Source: an uncultured Actinomycetota bacterium (GTDB lineage Bacteria; Actinomycetota; Actinomycetes; Actinomycetales; CAVURS01). From it: a DNA stretch of 64,000 nucleotides. The notes under the pieces are model-generated. The model saw nothing but the letters and a program-made list of their open reading frames with translations, had not been told where the DNA came from and made no database searches. The DNA lies in NCBI GenBank assembly GCA_963834425.1, contig CAWIBR010000019.1, positions 56,097 through 120,096 of the forward strand, in the 5' to 3' direction. Position 1 is the first letter of the stretch; every line of letters begins with the position of its first letter. This document shows, one piece after another, positions 1-9,421 of this stretch. The position numbers were made by a program, and so were the translations under genes.

Positions 1-668
<668 letters not shown>

Positions 669-711
669 GGGGGCGAGGCTATCTGGCGCGGGGGCGCGTT
701 CCCAGCGCGGC

Positions 712-1974
712 TCAGGCCGGTACGACGAGTCCCTCGGTGAGCAGCTGCCGGGCCAACCCGAGGTCGTCGGACCCGTTGGCGCTCTGAGGCGTCGGCAGGT
801 CGCCGACCCGGTGGCCCGCTCCGTCCAACAGCGCGACCAGCGCCGGCCGGTCCGTCGCCGGGCGGCTCACCGCGCCGACGCTGGTGACCAGCCGGACCGT
901 CGGGTGGCCGTCGGCCCGGGCGCCGTCCTCGATGCGGGCCTGGGCGTGGCGGCGCAGCCGGATCCTCGTGTCGGCGCTGAGGCCGTTGATCGCATCGAGC
1001 TGGGCGAGTGGGCCGAGGGGCTCCGGCCGGGTGGTGCGGTCGGCCCGGCGGCGTACGGCGTTGGCCGCGTCGCTGCCGGTCGCCGTCGCCAACCGGTCGA
1101 TCAGCGCCTTGACGGTGAGGTCGAGCTCGCTCTGCAACTCGGCCGGGTCGGCCGTGGCGGCGCCGATCGGCAACGACTCCCGCAGCGCGGGCGAGTCGGC
1201 GGCGAGAGCGACCAGCGCCTGCACCAGGTCGTAGCGGGTGGTCGCGTGCATCCCGATGGTCAGGTGAATGGTCGTCTCGCCGAGCGCCTCAGCGCTGTGC
1301 AGCCAGCCGCGGGGCAGATAGAGCGCATCGCCCGGCCGCAGGACCGTGTCGATCACCGGCGGCTCCTGGGCGCGAGCCTTCACGGCGGCGCGGTGGTCGG
1401 TCCAGGGCTGGTCGGCGAGCGGGTGCTCGTGCACCGGGGCGTGGATGGTCCAGCGCTTCTCACCGGAGACCTGCAGGACCAGGACGTCGTGGACGTCGTA
1501 GTGCGCGTCGAAGCCCTGGTTCTCGGCCGGCGTGACATAAGCGTTGACCTGCACGGGGTGCCCCAGGTCGGTGCTCAGCTGCTGGCTGAAGTCGATCAGC
1601 GGCGGCCAGATCCGGTGCAGGCCCTGGAGCACCAGCGTGGCGCCCTGGCCGAACAGCGCCAGCACCTTGTCGTCGGCGACCTGGTCGCCGACGCTCGCAC
1701 CGAGGCCGCCCCCGCGGGTGAAGTCGGCGGCGCCGAGCACCCGGCCCTGCTTGGCCAGCCGCAGGAACGGCGTCCGGAGGCCACGCTCGCTGAGCAGCTC
1801 ATCGACCGCGGCCGGGTTGAGCAGATCGGCGAAGTCCCGCGGCAGCGTCGCGGCGGGTGAGAGCAGCGGTCGCTGGGACCAGTACGTCGCAGCGAACTCC
1901 TCCGGCGTCACGCTCAGGCAGCGCGCGAGGGCGGGGCGGCCGTCGCCGACCGCCCCGCCTCCCGTCGTACTCAT
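712..1974 (-). CDS. JmjC / cupin-4 family Fe(II)/2-oxoglutarate-type oxygenase (ribosomal-oxygenase YcfD/RoxA-like)
   Basis: 420-aa ORF with the double-stranded beta-helix signature [19 protein letters not shown] (HxD) ... [11 protein letters not shown] ... TIHLTIGMH (distal His). It has a long C-terminal helical extension as in cupin-4 proteins. Confidence 0.75.
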   Translation of the reverse strand: MSTTGGGAVGDGRPALARCLSVTPEEFAATYWSQRPLLSPAATLPRDFADLLNPAAVDELLSERGLRTPFLRLAKQGRVLGAADFTRGGGLGASVGDQVADDKVLALFGQGATLVLQGLHRIWPPLIDFSQQLSTDLGHPVQVNAYVTPAENQGFDAHYDVHDVLVLQVSGEKRWTIHAPVHEHPLADQPWTDHRAAVKARAQEPPVIDTVLRPGDALYLPRGWLHSAEALGETTIHLTIGMHATTRYDLVQALVALAADSPALRESLPIGAATADPAELQSELDLTVKALIDRLATATGSDAANAVRRRADRTTRPEPLGPLAQLDAINGLSADTRIRLRRHAQARIEDGARADGHPTVRLVTSVGAVSRPATDRPALVALLDGAGHRVGDLPTPQSANGSDDLGLARQLLTEGLVVPA

Positions 1975-1989
1975 CTGTGTGCGGCTGGC

Positions 1990-2316
1990 TCAGGCCGAGC
2001 CGTCCGCGCCGCCGTCGTGTCCGGCGCCACCGTCAGCTCCGCCGTCCGCGCCGCCGTCGTGGCCGCCCGGGTTCGCGCCGCCGTCGGCCGGACCCTCGGC
2101 GCCGCCATCGGCTCCACCGTCGGCGCCTGCATCGGCTCCACCATCGGCACCACCGTCAGCCCCGCCATCGGCGCCACCGTCGGCACCACCGTCATGGCCC
2201 GCGCCGCCGTCGGCTCCGCCGTCCGCGCCACCGTCGTGGCCGCCCGGGTTGGCGCCACCGTCAGCCGGACCCTCGTTCGGGTCGGTCCCAGTCGAATCAG
2301 TGTCATCGAGCGACAT
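1990..2316 (-). CDS. 108-aa hyper-acidic Gly/Asp/Ala tetrapeptide-repeat protein, (D-G-G-A)n with interspersed His
   Basis: An ATG is preceded by GAAGGAGG at 6-nt spacing (reverse complement of 2317-2335). The stop lies 15 nt before the JmjC start. Sequence: MSLDDTDSTGTDPNEGPADGGANPGGHDGGADGGADGGAGHDGGADGGADGG...GHDGGADGSA. No signal peptide. The plus-strand (P-P-S-A)n ORF 1544..2347 lacks a start and RBS context and runs antisense through the JmjC gene. Confidence 0.55.
   Translation of the reverse strand: MSLDDTDSTGTDPNEGPADGGANPGGHDGGADGGADGGAGHDGGADGGADGGADGGADGGADAGADGGADGGAEGPADGGANPGGHDGGADGGADGGAGHDGGADGSA
1993..2268 (-). repeat. in-frame 12-nt periodic coding repeat with a nested 177-nt (59-codon) duplication
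   Basis: GAC GGC GGC GCN units run throughout. The blocks 2041-2098 and 2218-2275 (58 nt each) differ at only 4 positions. Confidence 0.85.
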
Positions 2317-2386
2317 GGCGCCCTCCTTCTCGCGTTGGATGTTCTGACCCTAGGAGGCCGGGCCGCGGAGCGCACCCCCGCCCGGG

Positions 2387-2773
2387 TCAGGCGATCCACG
2401 GCGGTACGCCGCGGCTGGTCTCTTCGCCGGGCACCGTCACGGTTGCATCGCCCCGGCCGCAGACGATCAGCCGGCTGGTCGTGGTGGCCGTGATCTGCCG
2501 CCGACGCACCGGCCGGGAGGACGACGGCGTCACCGGCAGCCAGCCCGAGGCGTCGTCGTCGCCGACGGCGATGGCGACCGCTCCCTCGATGACGGTCCAC
2601 AGCTGCTCGCTGGCGAAGACGTGGACCGGGCCTTGCTGGCCGGCGCGCATCTCGACCTGCCACATGCTCAGGGCCTCGCTTCCGCCCTGGGTCGGCGACG
2701 CGAGGGTCGTCATGACGGCGTTCGGCGTTTCGGTCCGTCGCGCCTCGCCCTGATGAATGACGGTGGGAGTCAT
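2387..2773 (-). CDS. small cupin-domain protein (128 aa)
   Basis: Internal ATG of track ORF 2387..3091, at complement 2771-2773, preceded by GAGAGGA. MTPTVIHQGEARRTETPNAVMTTLASP...MWQVEMRAGQQGPVHVFASEQLWTVIEG is typical of a single-barrel cupin. The upstream part of the track ORF would overlap the marR promoter and gene. Confidence 0.7.
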   Translation of the reverse strand: MTPTVIHQGEARRTETPNAVMTTLASPTQGGSEALSMWQVEMRAGQQGPVHVFASEQLWTVIEGAVAIAVGDDDASGWLPVTPSSSRPVRRRQITATTTSRLIVCGRGDATVTVPGEETSRGVPPWIA

Positions 2774-2821
2774 GGCAGCGTCCTCTCGGCTCCTGGGGTC
2801 GGTTGATTCCGTGAGCGTACA

Positions 2822-2847
2822 GTTTAGACAACTCGAGTTGTCTAAAC
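2822..2847. promoter_or_regulatory. perfect 26-bp palindrome, candidate MarR operator in the divergent promoter region
   Basis: GTTTAGACAACTCGAGTTGTCTAAAC is its own reverse complement. It is AT-rich relative to its surroundings. It lies 26 nt upstream of the marR ATG and 49 nt upstream of the cupin ATG. Confidence 0.6.
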
Positions 2848-2872
2848 GTGAGACCGCAGCAGAGGAGGACCG

Positions 2873-3370
2873 ATGCTCGACAATGGCGCCGTGCCCACAT
2901 CGCGTCATGGCTTCGAGCTCCCGCTCCTGCTGCTCGGGGCCTTCCGGGCCTCGATCGACCGGCTGCACGAGGAGCTCGCCGCGGACGGCCATCCGGACGT
3001 CCGGGCGATCCACGGGTTCGCCCTGCAGGCGATCGGCCCGCACGGCGTGAGCATCAGCGAGCTCGGTCGCCGGCTCGGCGTCAGCAAGCAAGCGGCCGCC
3101 AAGACCGCCGCCACGCTCGAACGAATCGGGTACGCCGCGCGGCGGGCCTCAGAAACCGACGCCCGCGCGTGGCTGCTGCACCGCACCGAGCGCGGCGAGG
3201 AGATGCTGCACCTCAGCGCGGCCAGCTTCGCGCGGGAGCGGCGGCGGTTGGTTGGTCAGCTCGGCGCCGCCCGGGTCGCTGCCCTGGAAGACGATCTCGA
3301 AGAGCTGGCGGGTGGCGCTTCCCGGACCGGTTTGGCTGCGTTGTCCGACCTGCCCGGCTGGCTCGGCTGA
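2873..3370 (+). CDS. MarR-family transcriptional regulator
   Basis: 165 aa with a winged-HTH core: ISELGRRLGVSKQAAAKTAATLERIGYAARRASETDARAWLLHRTERG. RBS GGAGG lies 4 nt before the ATG. It is divergent from the cupin operon. Confidence 0.85.
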   Translation: MLDNGAVPTSRHGFELPLLLLGAFRASIDRLHEELAADGHPDVRAIHGFALQAIGPHGVSISELGRRLGVSKQAAAKTAATLERIGYAARRASETDARAWLLHRTERGEEMLHLSAASFARERRRLVGQLGAARVAALEDDLEELAGGASRTGLAALSDLPGWLG

Positions 3371-3403
3371 CCGTAACGCCGACCAGCCGACCCGGAGCGA
3401 GAG

Positions 3404-4240
3404 TCAGGCCGCGGCGAGGGCGGCCAGCACCTCGGAGCACCCCGCGTCGACCCGCAGGGTTGCGAGGTCGTCCCCACGGGTCGGGCCGCGGTTGATGATC
3501 CCGATCGGGATTCCGCGCCGGTGGGCGGCCCGAACGAACCGCAGCCCGGACATGACGGTCAGCGACGACCCGGCCACCAGCAGCGCCTCGGCGTCCTCGA
3601 CCAGGGAGTAGCAGAGCTCGACCCGCTCCTTCGGGACGTTTTCGCCGAAGAAGACGACGTCGGGTTTCAACACCCCGCCGCAGGCCTCGCACGGGACGAC
3701 AACGAAGCTCTCGATGCCGTCCACGACGGCGTCCCCGTCGGGAGCGATGTCGGGCGAGATCCCTTGTCCGAAGCCGGGGTTCGCCGTCTCGAGCCGCTCA
3801 TGCAGGCGCAGCCGGTCGGTCCGCTCGTGACAGTCCAGGCAGATGACCAGGCTGATCCGGCCGTGCAGGTCGACCACCTGACGACTGCCCGCAGCCTCGT
3901 GCAGGCCATCGACGTTCTGGGTGATCAGCGCCGTCAACCGACCCGAACGCTCCATCGCGGCCAGGGCCCGATGCCCCGGGTTGGGGTCGGCCCGATGCAG
4001 GAGGCGCCAGCCGATGTGACTCCGCGCCCAATACCGTTGCTGGGCAAGGGGTCCCGAGCAGAACTCGGCGTACGTCATCGGGGTGCGTTTGGGCGACAGC
4101 GGTCCGCGATAGTCCGGGATGCCCGAGTCGGTGGACAGACCCGCCCCGGTCAGGACGAGGGGACGACGCCGGCCCAGCAGGCGGATCAGGTCGCAGGCGT
4201 CGCCGAGGGCCACCGGCGAGGTGACTGAGGTCTCGAGCAC
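3404..4240 (-). CDS. NAD-dependent protein deacylase, Sir2 family (class II / SIRT4-like)
   Basis: Motifs GAGLSTDSGIPDYRG, ITQNVDGLH, a Zn ribbon CLDC...CEACGG, and GSSLTV. GTG start. Confidence 0.85.
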   Translation of the reverse strand: MLETSVTSPVALGDACDLIRLLGRRRPLVLTGAGLSTDSGIPDYRGPLSPKRTPMTYAEFCSGPLAQQRYWARSHIGWRLLHRADPNPGHRALAAMERSGRLTALITQNVDGLHEAAGSRQVVDLHGRISLVICLDCHERTDRLRLHERLETANPGFGQGISPDIAPDGDAVVDGIESFVVVPCEACGGVLKPDVVFFGENVPKERVELCYSLVEDAEALLVAGSSLTVMSGLRFVRAAHRRGIPIGIINRGPTRGDDLATLRVDAGCSEVLAALAAA

Positions 4241-4350
4241 CCCGCCAGGCTACGTCGCCCGGCGCGGTCCCGGTGGCGGCTGTCGGAGGCCTGGGCCACG
4301 ATCGGACTGCCCACCCGGGTGGAGCTCGGCCGACCGAGAAAGGATGCGCC

Positions 4351-4930
4351 GTGACTGAGGTGCTGCTGTTCCATCATGTGCGAGGACTGACCCCAGGCGT
4401 CCGCGAGTTCGGCGACCGGCTGACCGCCGCCGGGCACACCGTCCACGTGCCGGACCTGTTCGAGGGCCGGGTCTTCGACAGCATCGGGTCCGGCTCGGCC
4501 TACGTCCAGGAGATCGGCTTCGACGAGATCATGGCGCGCGGGCGGGCGATCGCTGAGGAGCTGCCGAGCGACCTGGTCTACGCCGGGATCTCCCTCGGTG
4601 TGGTCCCGGCCCAGATGCTCGCCCAGACCCGAGCCGGGGCCCGCGGCGCGCTGCTCCTCGAGGCCTGCCTGCCGCCGTCGGAGTTCGGCGGCGCGTGGCC
4701 GGCGGGCGTGCCGGTGCAGATCCACGGGATGGACGCCGACGACTTCTTCGCGGGCGAGGGTGACCTCGAGGCGGCTCGCGGCATTGGTCGAGGAGACGCC
4801 CGATGCGGAGCTCTTCCTCTACCGCGGTGACCAGCACCTCTTCACCGACAGCAGCCTCCCGTCGTACGACGAAGGGGCGGCCACCCTGCTCACCGATCGC
4901 GTCCTCGCGTTCCTCGCGGCCGTCGGTTAG
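4351..4930 (+). pseudogene. dienelactone hydrolase family protein, frame-disrupted as sequenced
   Basis: GTG at 4351 follows GAAAGGA. The N-terminal part (VTEVLLFHHVRGLTPGVREFGDRLTAAGHTVHVPDLFEG...GEGDLEAAR) is in frame 1. The C-terminal part (ALVEETPDAELFLYRGDQHLFTDSSLPSYDEGAA...) is in frame 2. The junction needs removal of one G near 4779-4780. Confidence 0.7.
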
Positions 4931-5060
4931 GCCAGCGACCGGACTCCTTCAAGCGGGCACCACGACGTTCCCCGTAGGGGCGAGCCGACGGCCGATGCTG
5001 GATGCTGGGGTCAACGACGTTGCCCACGCTGTCGCTCGACGGCCGGCCAGGAAGGGACCG

Positions 5061-7860
5061 ATGCCTGGGGGTTGGCCGATGCTGCGCCGGGCTCCGGCGC
5101 GGATGGTGCGCGGCGGCGCAATCGCGGGCCTGATCGTGGTGGCGGTGGCGCTGCTGGCCGGGTTGGTCTCGGCCGGGCCGCTCTTCGGCGCCGCGGCCGC
5201 GTCGGGAGGCCTGGCCCAGCGGCTGGCCAGCATCCCGGACACGGCCGCGCCGAGTCAGCGCCCGGCGGTCCGAGTGAGTGTGCAGGACGGCCCGACCAGC
5301 CAGACCGAGCCGAGGATCACCTCTTTGGTCCACGCGATCCCCTACCTCGGCACCGCGCGGACGACGATCGTGGCGGATGCCTTCGAGCTCGACGTGCGAC
5401 ACCCCGTGCCCTACATCGAGGCCGGTGGCCGCCAACGGATCGCCGTCCTCTACTACAGCTCGGTCGCCGAGCCGACCCTGCAGATCGCGAGCGGCACCAG
5501 GGGCGCGCCCGGGCTCTGGGTCCCCGAGGCGATCGCCGGCTATCTCGGGGTCGGTCCGGGCTCGACAGTGCAGCTCAAGCTCGCCTTCGGCTCCGGCCAG
5601 GAACGCGAGACCGCTGTGCCCGTCGCCGGCACCTATCGGACCGGCCCGGACGGGCACATCCCGGCTGGACCCTTCCTCGACCGGGTCGATCGGGAGGTGC
5701 CGGACAACCCCGACCCCTCCAGCGGAGGCACGATCGCCTCGTTGCTGATCGCCGACCGCGCCACGATTGACGCGGCGATCGCGGCGCTCCACGAGCAGCC
5801 GCTGTGGACCTACGACGCGGCCCTGACTCCGGCCGGGCGGACGCCGGACCGGCTCCGCGCGGCCGCGGCGAGCACGGCCCAGCTGAGATTGCAGGCCGCG
5901 GAGCCCGGATCCTCGGTCGGCCGGCCTGTTCGGTGCGCCCGGGACGTTTCGGATCGACAGCGGGCTGCCGGCCATCCAGGCCCAGGCCGCGGCCGATGCC
6001 AAGGTCGCCCGCGAGCAAGGCCGTGGAATCGCCTACGCCGGAGGCATTCTCGGCATCGCTGCGGTGCTGCTCGCCCTGCGGGCCCTGGCCCAGCGCCGTC
6101 GTCGTGAGACCGAGCTGTTGGTGGGCCTGGGGACGCCAACCGGGGTCGTGGTCCTGGCCGGGAGCCTGGAGCTCCTTCTCCCGGTCGCGCTCGGAGCCGT
6201 GCTCGGTTGGGCTGCCGCCGTCGCGGCCTTCGGCCTGGCCGGGCCGGACCCCGGGGCGGACGCCGACGCGCTGGGCGCGGCTGCCCTCGGGGCCGTGCTG
6301 GTCGCGTTGGCCACGTTGGCCGGGCAGGCTCTGACCTCCCTGGCCGAGCTGCGGCGGGTGTCCAGATCGCTGACCGGGCAGTCGGTTTCGCGCTTCGGCT
6401 CGCAGTGGCTCCCCCTCTTGACTGGCGCCACCGCGCTCGCGGTCTACGCCACGCTGTCGCGGACCCGCGGGCAGAGCTATGCCGATCCGCTCGCGGCGCT
6501 GCTGCCGATCCTCGTCCTGGCCTGTGGCTGCGCGATCGTCGTCCGAGTGGCGGCGGCCACCGCTGCCGCCGTACGACGCTGGCGGGCCGGCCGGATCGAT
6601 CCCGCATCCGCCGCTGCACGGTCGGCACCCGATGACCCCGGACGGGAGCCGAGCGCCGATCTGCTCGTGGTTCGTGGTCTGCGGCGCACCGGCGTCGCGG
6701 TCGCCGATCTGGTGGTCGTGCTCGCCATCGGGATCGGCATCCTGGCCTACGGCTTGTCCTCGGCTGCGCAGGTCCGGCAGTCGGTCAACGACAAGGCCGC
6801 CGTGCTGGCCGGCGCCCCGACCACGGTGCACGTCGAGCACTCCTGGCTGCTGAAGGCCGGCGAGGGGCCGGCGCCGGATCTCGGCCGAGGATCCACGGTC
6901 GTGTGGCGCGCCTCCTCGACGATGACGCCGGACGATCGCAACGTCGACATCCTGGTGGTCAACCCCGACACGCTCCGCGACGCGGCGAGCTGGGGCAGCG
7001 GACCCGATTTGGCGACGGCCAGAACCGCCCTCGGGTCCTTCCCGACCCCGCCCGCCGACATCGCGACCAGCGGCCGGACCGCCACCGCCCCACTGCCGGC
7101 CCTGCTCGTCGGCGACGTCGGCCGGGCCGTCGGCGGGACTGGGCAGGTGCAGGTGTCAGGGTCGACCATCCCCTTCCACGTCACCCAGCACCTGGCGGCC
7201 TTCCCGGGCGCCTCAGCCCCGACCGTCGTCCTGGACGCTCGCACGCTGTTCCCTCGGCTCAGTGCCGAGAACGACCCCTCGCGCCAGATCGCCCGGGGCT
7301 TCGACGTGTCCGACTCCTACGCCGCGTGGATCTGGTCCCAGGACAGCCTGACCCGAGTCCAGCAACGACTGGCCGCCGTGAGCGTTCCACCGCTGGAGAC
7401 CTTCACGCTGGCCCAGGCCCGGGCGACGCCGGAGCTCACGTCGAGCCGTTGGGCTGCGACGTACCAGGTCGTGCTCGGGCTGGCCGCCGCCCTGTTGGGC
7501 GGATTGGCGCTCGTCGTCGCCGTCGACCGACGCGTGGCCAAGGCGGCCGCCGTCGATCTGGTGTTGCGGCGCTTCGGTTTCCGGCCGGCCCGGCTGCTGC
7601 GCCTGCGGGCCACCGAGCTGATGCTGACCGCCTTGGGCGCTCTGGCGGTGCTCTGGGTTCCGCTGGTGCTGATGCTCTATCTGATGCCTCGGCTGATTGA
7701 ACCCGCGCCTGCGCTGGCACCCGCCATGACCCCTGGGATGTCGGTCTCCGCGCTGTTGCTCAGCGTCCTGGCTGCGGCCGCGGTCACCGGCCTGGCGGTG
7801 CTCGTGGCCGCCCGGCGGTCGGCCTCGCTGCGTCCCGGGGAGGTGCTCCGCGATGAGTGA
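5061..7860 (+). pseudogene. large FtsX-like ABC transporter permease (~930 aa, two extracytoplasmic domains), frame-disrupted as sequenced
   Basis: Track ORFs 4803..6107 (real from MPGGWPMLRRAPARMVRGGAIAGLIVV...) and 6064..7860 join through frame 1 (GLFGAPGTFRIDSGLPAIQAQAAADAKVAREQGRGIAYAGGILGIAAVLLAL). This requires a +1 shift near 5922 in GGCCGGCC. The C-terminus, ...LVAARRSASLRPGEVLRDE, is typical of FtsX. Confidence 0.7.
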
Positions 7861-8780
7861 GCAGCCGATGACCGCTGCGACCACGCAGTTCGATAGCACC
7901 ACGCAGTTCGATAACACCGCGCAGTTCGACAACGTCGTCCGCATCTACCAGGCCGTCTCCGGTGAAGTGCACGCTCTGCGCGGCGTCGACGTCGGCTTCC
8001 CGCGCGGCAGCGTGACCGCCATCGCCGGACCATCGGGCGGCGGGAAGAGCACGCTCCTGTCGATCCTGGCCCTGCGCGACCGGGCCAGCGCCGGCACGGT
8101 GACCGTCTTCGGCAATGACGTCACCCGGGCGCGCGGCAAGACGCTGAAAGCGTTGCGCCGCAGCACTATTGCCTGGGTCCCCCAACGACCGGGCAACGGA
8201 CTGCTCCCCCACCTGTCAGCCCGGGACAACCTCGACCAGATCGCCCGGATCCGGGGCCGCACCGGGGGCTGGACGGCGCCGGAGGTCCTCGACCGACTGG
8301 GCTTGGTCGCGCAGAGCGACCATCGACCCGGTCAGCTCTCCGGCGGCGAGCAGCAGCGCCTGGCCGTCGCGGCGGCCTTGATGCACGCGCCCGCGCTGGT
8401 CGTCGCCGATGAGCCCACGGCCGAGCTCGACGACCCCAACGCCGAGCGGGTCGTCAACGCGCTGCTGGATGCGGCGGCCGGCGGCACCACCTGCGTGCTC
8501 TCGACCCACGACTCCCGGGCGCTGCGGCTGCTTCCGCGGGTGCTCCATCTGCGGCACGGCGTGTTGTCGGCCGAGCGCGCGGGGACCGGCGAGCTCGCCT
8601 CGGGGCAGGTCCGGATTGCCGAGGCGGTCATCGACTCGGCGGGGCGCCTGCAGCTGCCGCCCGACGCGCTGCGGTTGTTCCCGGCTCGCCGGGCGGCCAT
8701 CCGGATCGAGGGCGGGACCGTCATCCTCGACCCCCCTGAGCAGCCGGGAGCAGCCGGAGCAGCCGGAGCAGCCGGAATGA
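7853..8780 (+). CDS. ABC transporter ATP-binding protein 1 with C-terminal AbrB/SpoVT-like extension. As sequenced the ORF reads through to 9091.
   Basis: Walker A GPSGGGKST, Q-loop VPQRP, signature LSGGEQQR, Walker B LVVADEPTAELD, H-loop STHD. The ATG overlaps the permease stop by 8 nt. A single extra G at 8748 interrupts four 9-nt repeats. Without it the gene ends ...PPEQPEQPEQPEQPE-TGA at 8778-8780, overlapping ATG 8777 in an ATGA junction. Confidence 0.75.
7880..7933 (+). repeat. 3 x 18-nt in-frame tandem repeat encoding TTQFDS-TTQFDN-TAQFDN
   Basis: ACCACGCAGTTCGATAGC / ACCACGCAGTTCGATAAC / ACCGCGCAGTTCGACAAC, read directly at the N-terminus of ATPase 1. Confidence 0.9.
8739..8775 (+). 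repeat. 4 x 9-nt tandem repeat (AGCAGCCGG) broken by one extra G at 8748
   Basis: Copies lie at 8739-8747, 8749-8757, 8758-8766 and 8767-8775. Depending on frame they encode (EQP)n or (GAA)n. Confidence 0.85.
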
Positions 8781-8810
8781 GCGAAGGGCGCGTTTCTCGA
8801 CGTACGACGG

Positions 8811-9389
8811 GTGACCCACGGGGTGCTGCGCGGGGTGGATCTCACGGCGGAGCCCGGCGACCTGGTCGCACTCACCGGCCACTCCGGCTCCGGCAAGTCC
8901 ACCCTGTGCCACCTGATCGCCGGCTTCGAGCGACCCGAGCAGGGGACGGTCAGCCTGGCCGGCGTGGCCACCGCCGACATCGCCGACTGGTCGCGCATTT
9001 CCGCTGTGCCGCAACGACTTGCGCTCCTGGAGCAGCTGACGGCCCTGGAGAACCTCACCCTCCCGGCGTTGGCAACGCAACAACCGTTTGAGTCGCAGCG
9101 CGGTCGTGACCTGCTCACGCGACTGGGTGTCGCACCGTTGATCGATCGGCCGGTCGGCCAGGGCTCGATCGGCGAGCAGCAGCGGATCGGCGTCGCCCGG
9201 GCCTTGGTCCTCGGCTCGGCTCTGACCGTCCTGGACGAACCGACCGCCCATCAAGATGACGACAGCGCCGACCGGGTCATCGCCGCGATCCTGGCCGCGG
9301 TGGACGCTGGCGCGTGCGTGGTCACCTCGACCCACGACCCGCGCCTGTTGCAACGCGCGACCACGTCGTTGGCGCTCGGGTCTGGTTGA
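8811..9389 (+). CDS. ABC transporter ATP-binding protein 2 (degenerate signature motif); true start probably ATG 8777 with a frame disruption
   Basis: Walker A GHSGSGKST, Q-loop VPQRL, signature SIGEQQR (instead of SGG), Walker B LTVLDEPTAHQD, H-loop STHD. The in-frame ORF from GTG 8811 leaves only about 20 aa before Walker A. Removing one G from GGG 8786-8788 gives MSEGAFLDVRRVTHGVLRGVDL..., a normal N-terminus. Confidence 0.75.
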   Translation: MTHGVLRGVDLTAEPGDLVALTGHSGSGKSTLCHLIAGFERPEQGTVSLAGVATADIADWSRISAVPQRLALLEQLTALENLTLPALATQQPFESQRGRDLLTRLGVAPLIDRPVGQGSIGEQQRIGVARALVLGSALTVLDEPTAHQDDDSADRVIAAILAAVDAGACVVTSTHDPRLLQRATTSLALGSG

Positions 9390-9421
9390 TCCGCGAACCT
9401 CCCCACGGCCGCACGGCAAGC

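Noticed and set aside
1544-2347. Plus-strand (P-P-S-A)n proline-rich repeat ORF opposite the DGGA gene
   Set aside because: It has no RBS or start context. Its first ~430 nt run antisense through the JmjC gene. The minus-strand reading has a strong SD, an ATG and operon spacing. Strand choice still deserves experimental confirmation.
3404-4240. Sir2-domain gene as a possible anti-phage effector (Thoeris/DSR-like)
   Set aside because: It is a compact 278-aa sirtuin with an intact Zn ribbon and NAD motifs. It has no fused sensor or effector domain and no partner gene. That is consistent with a housekeeping CobB/SIRT4-type deacylase.
7880-8775. Short tandem repeats (18-nt x3, 9-nt x4) considered as a possible CRISPR or VNTR locus
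   Set aside because: The units are contiguous with no spacers, in frame and inside ABC ATPase coding sequence. No cas genes are present. They are coding micro/minisatellites.
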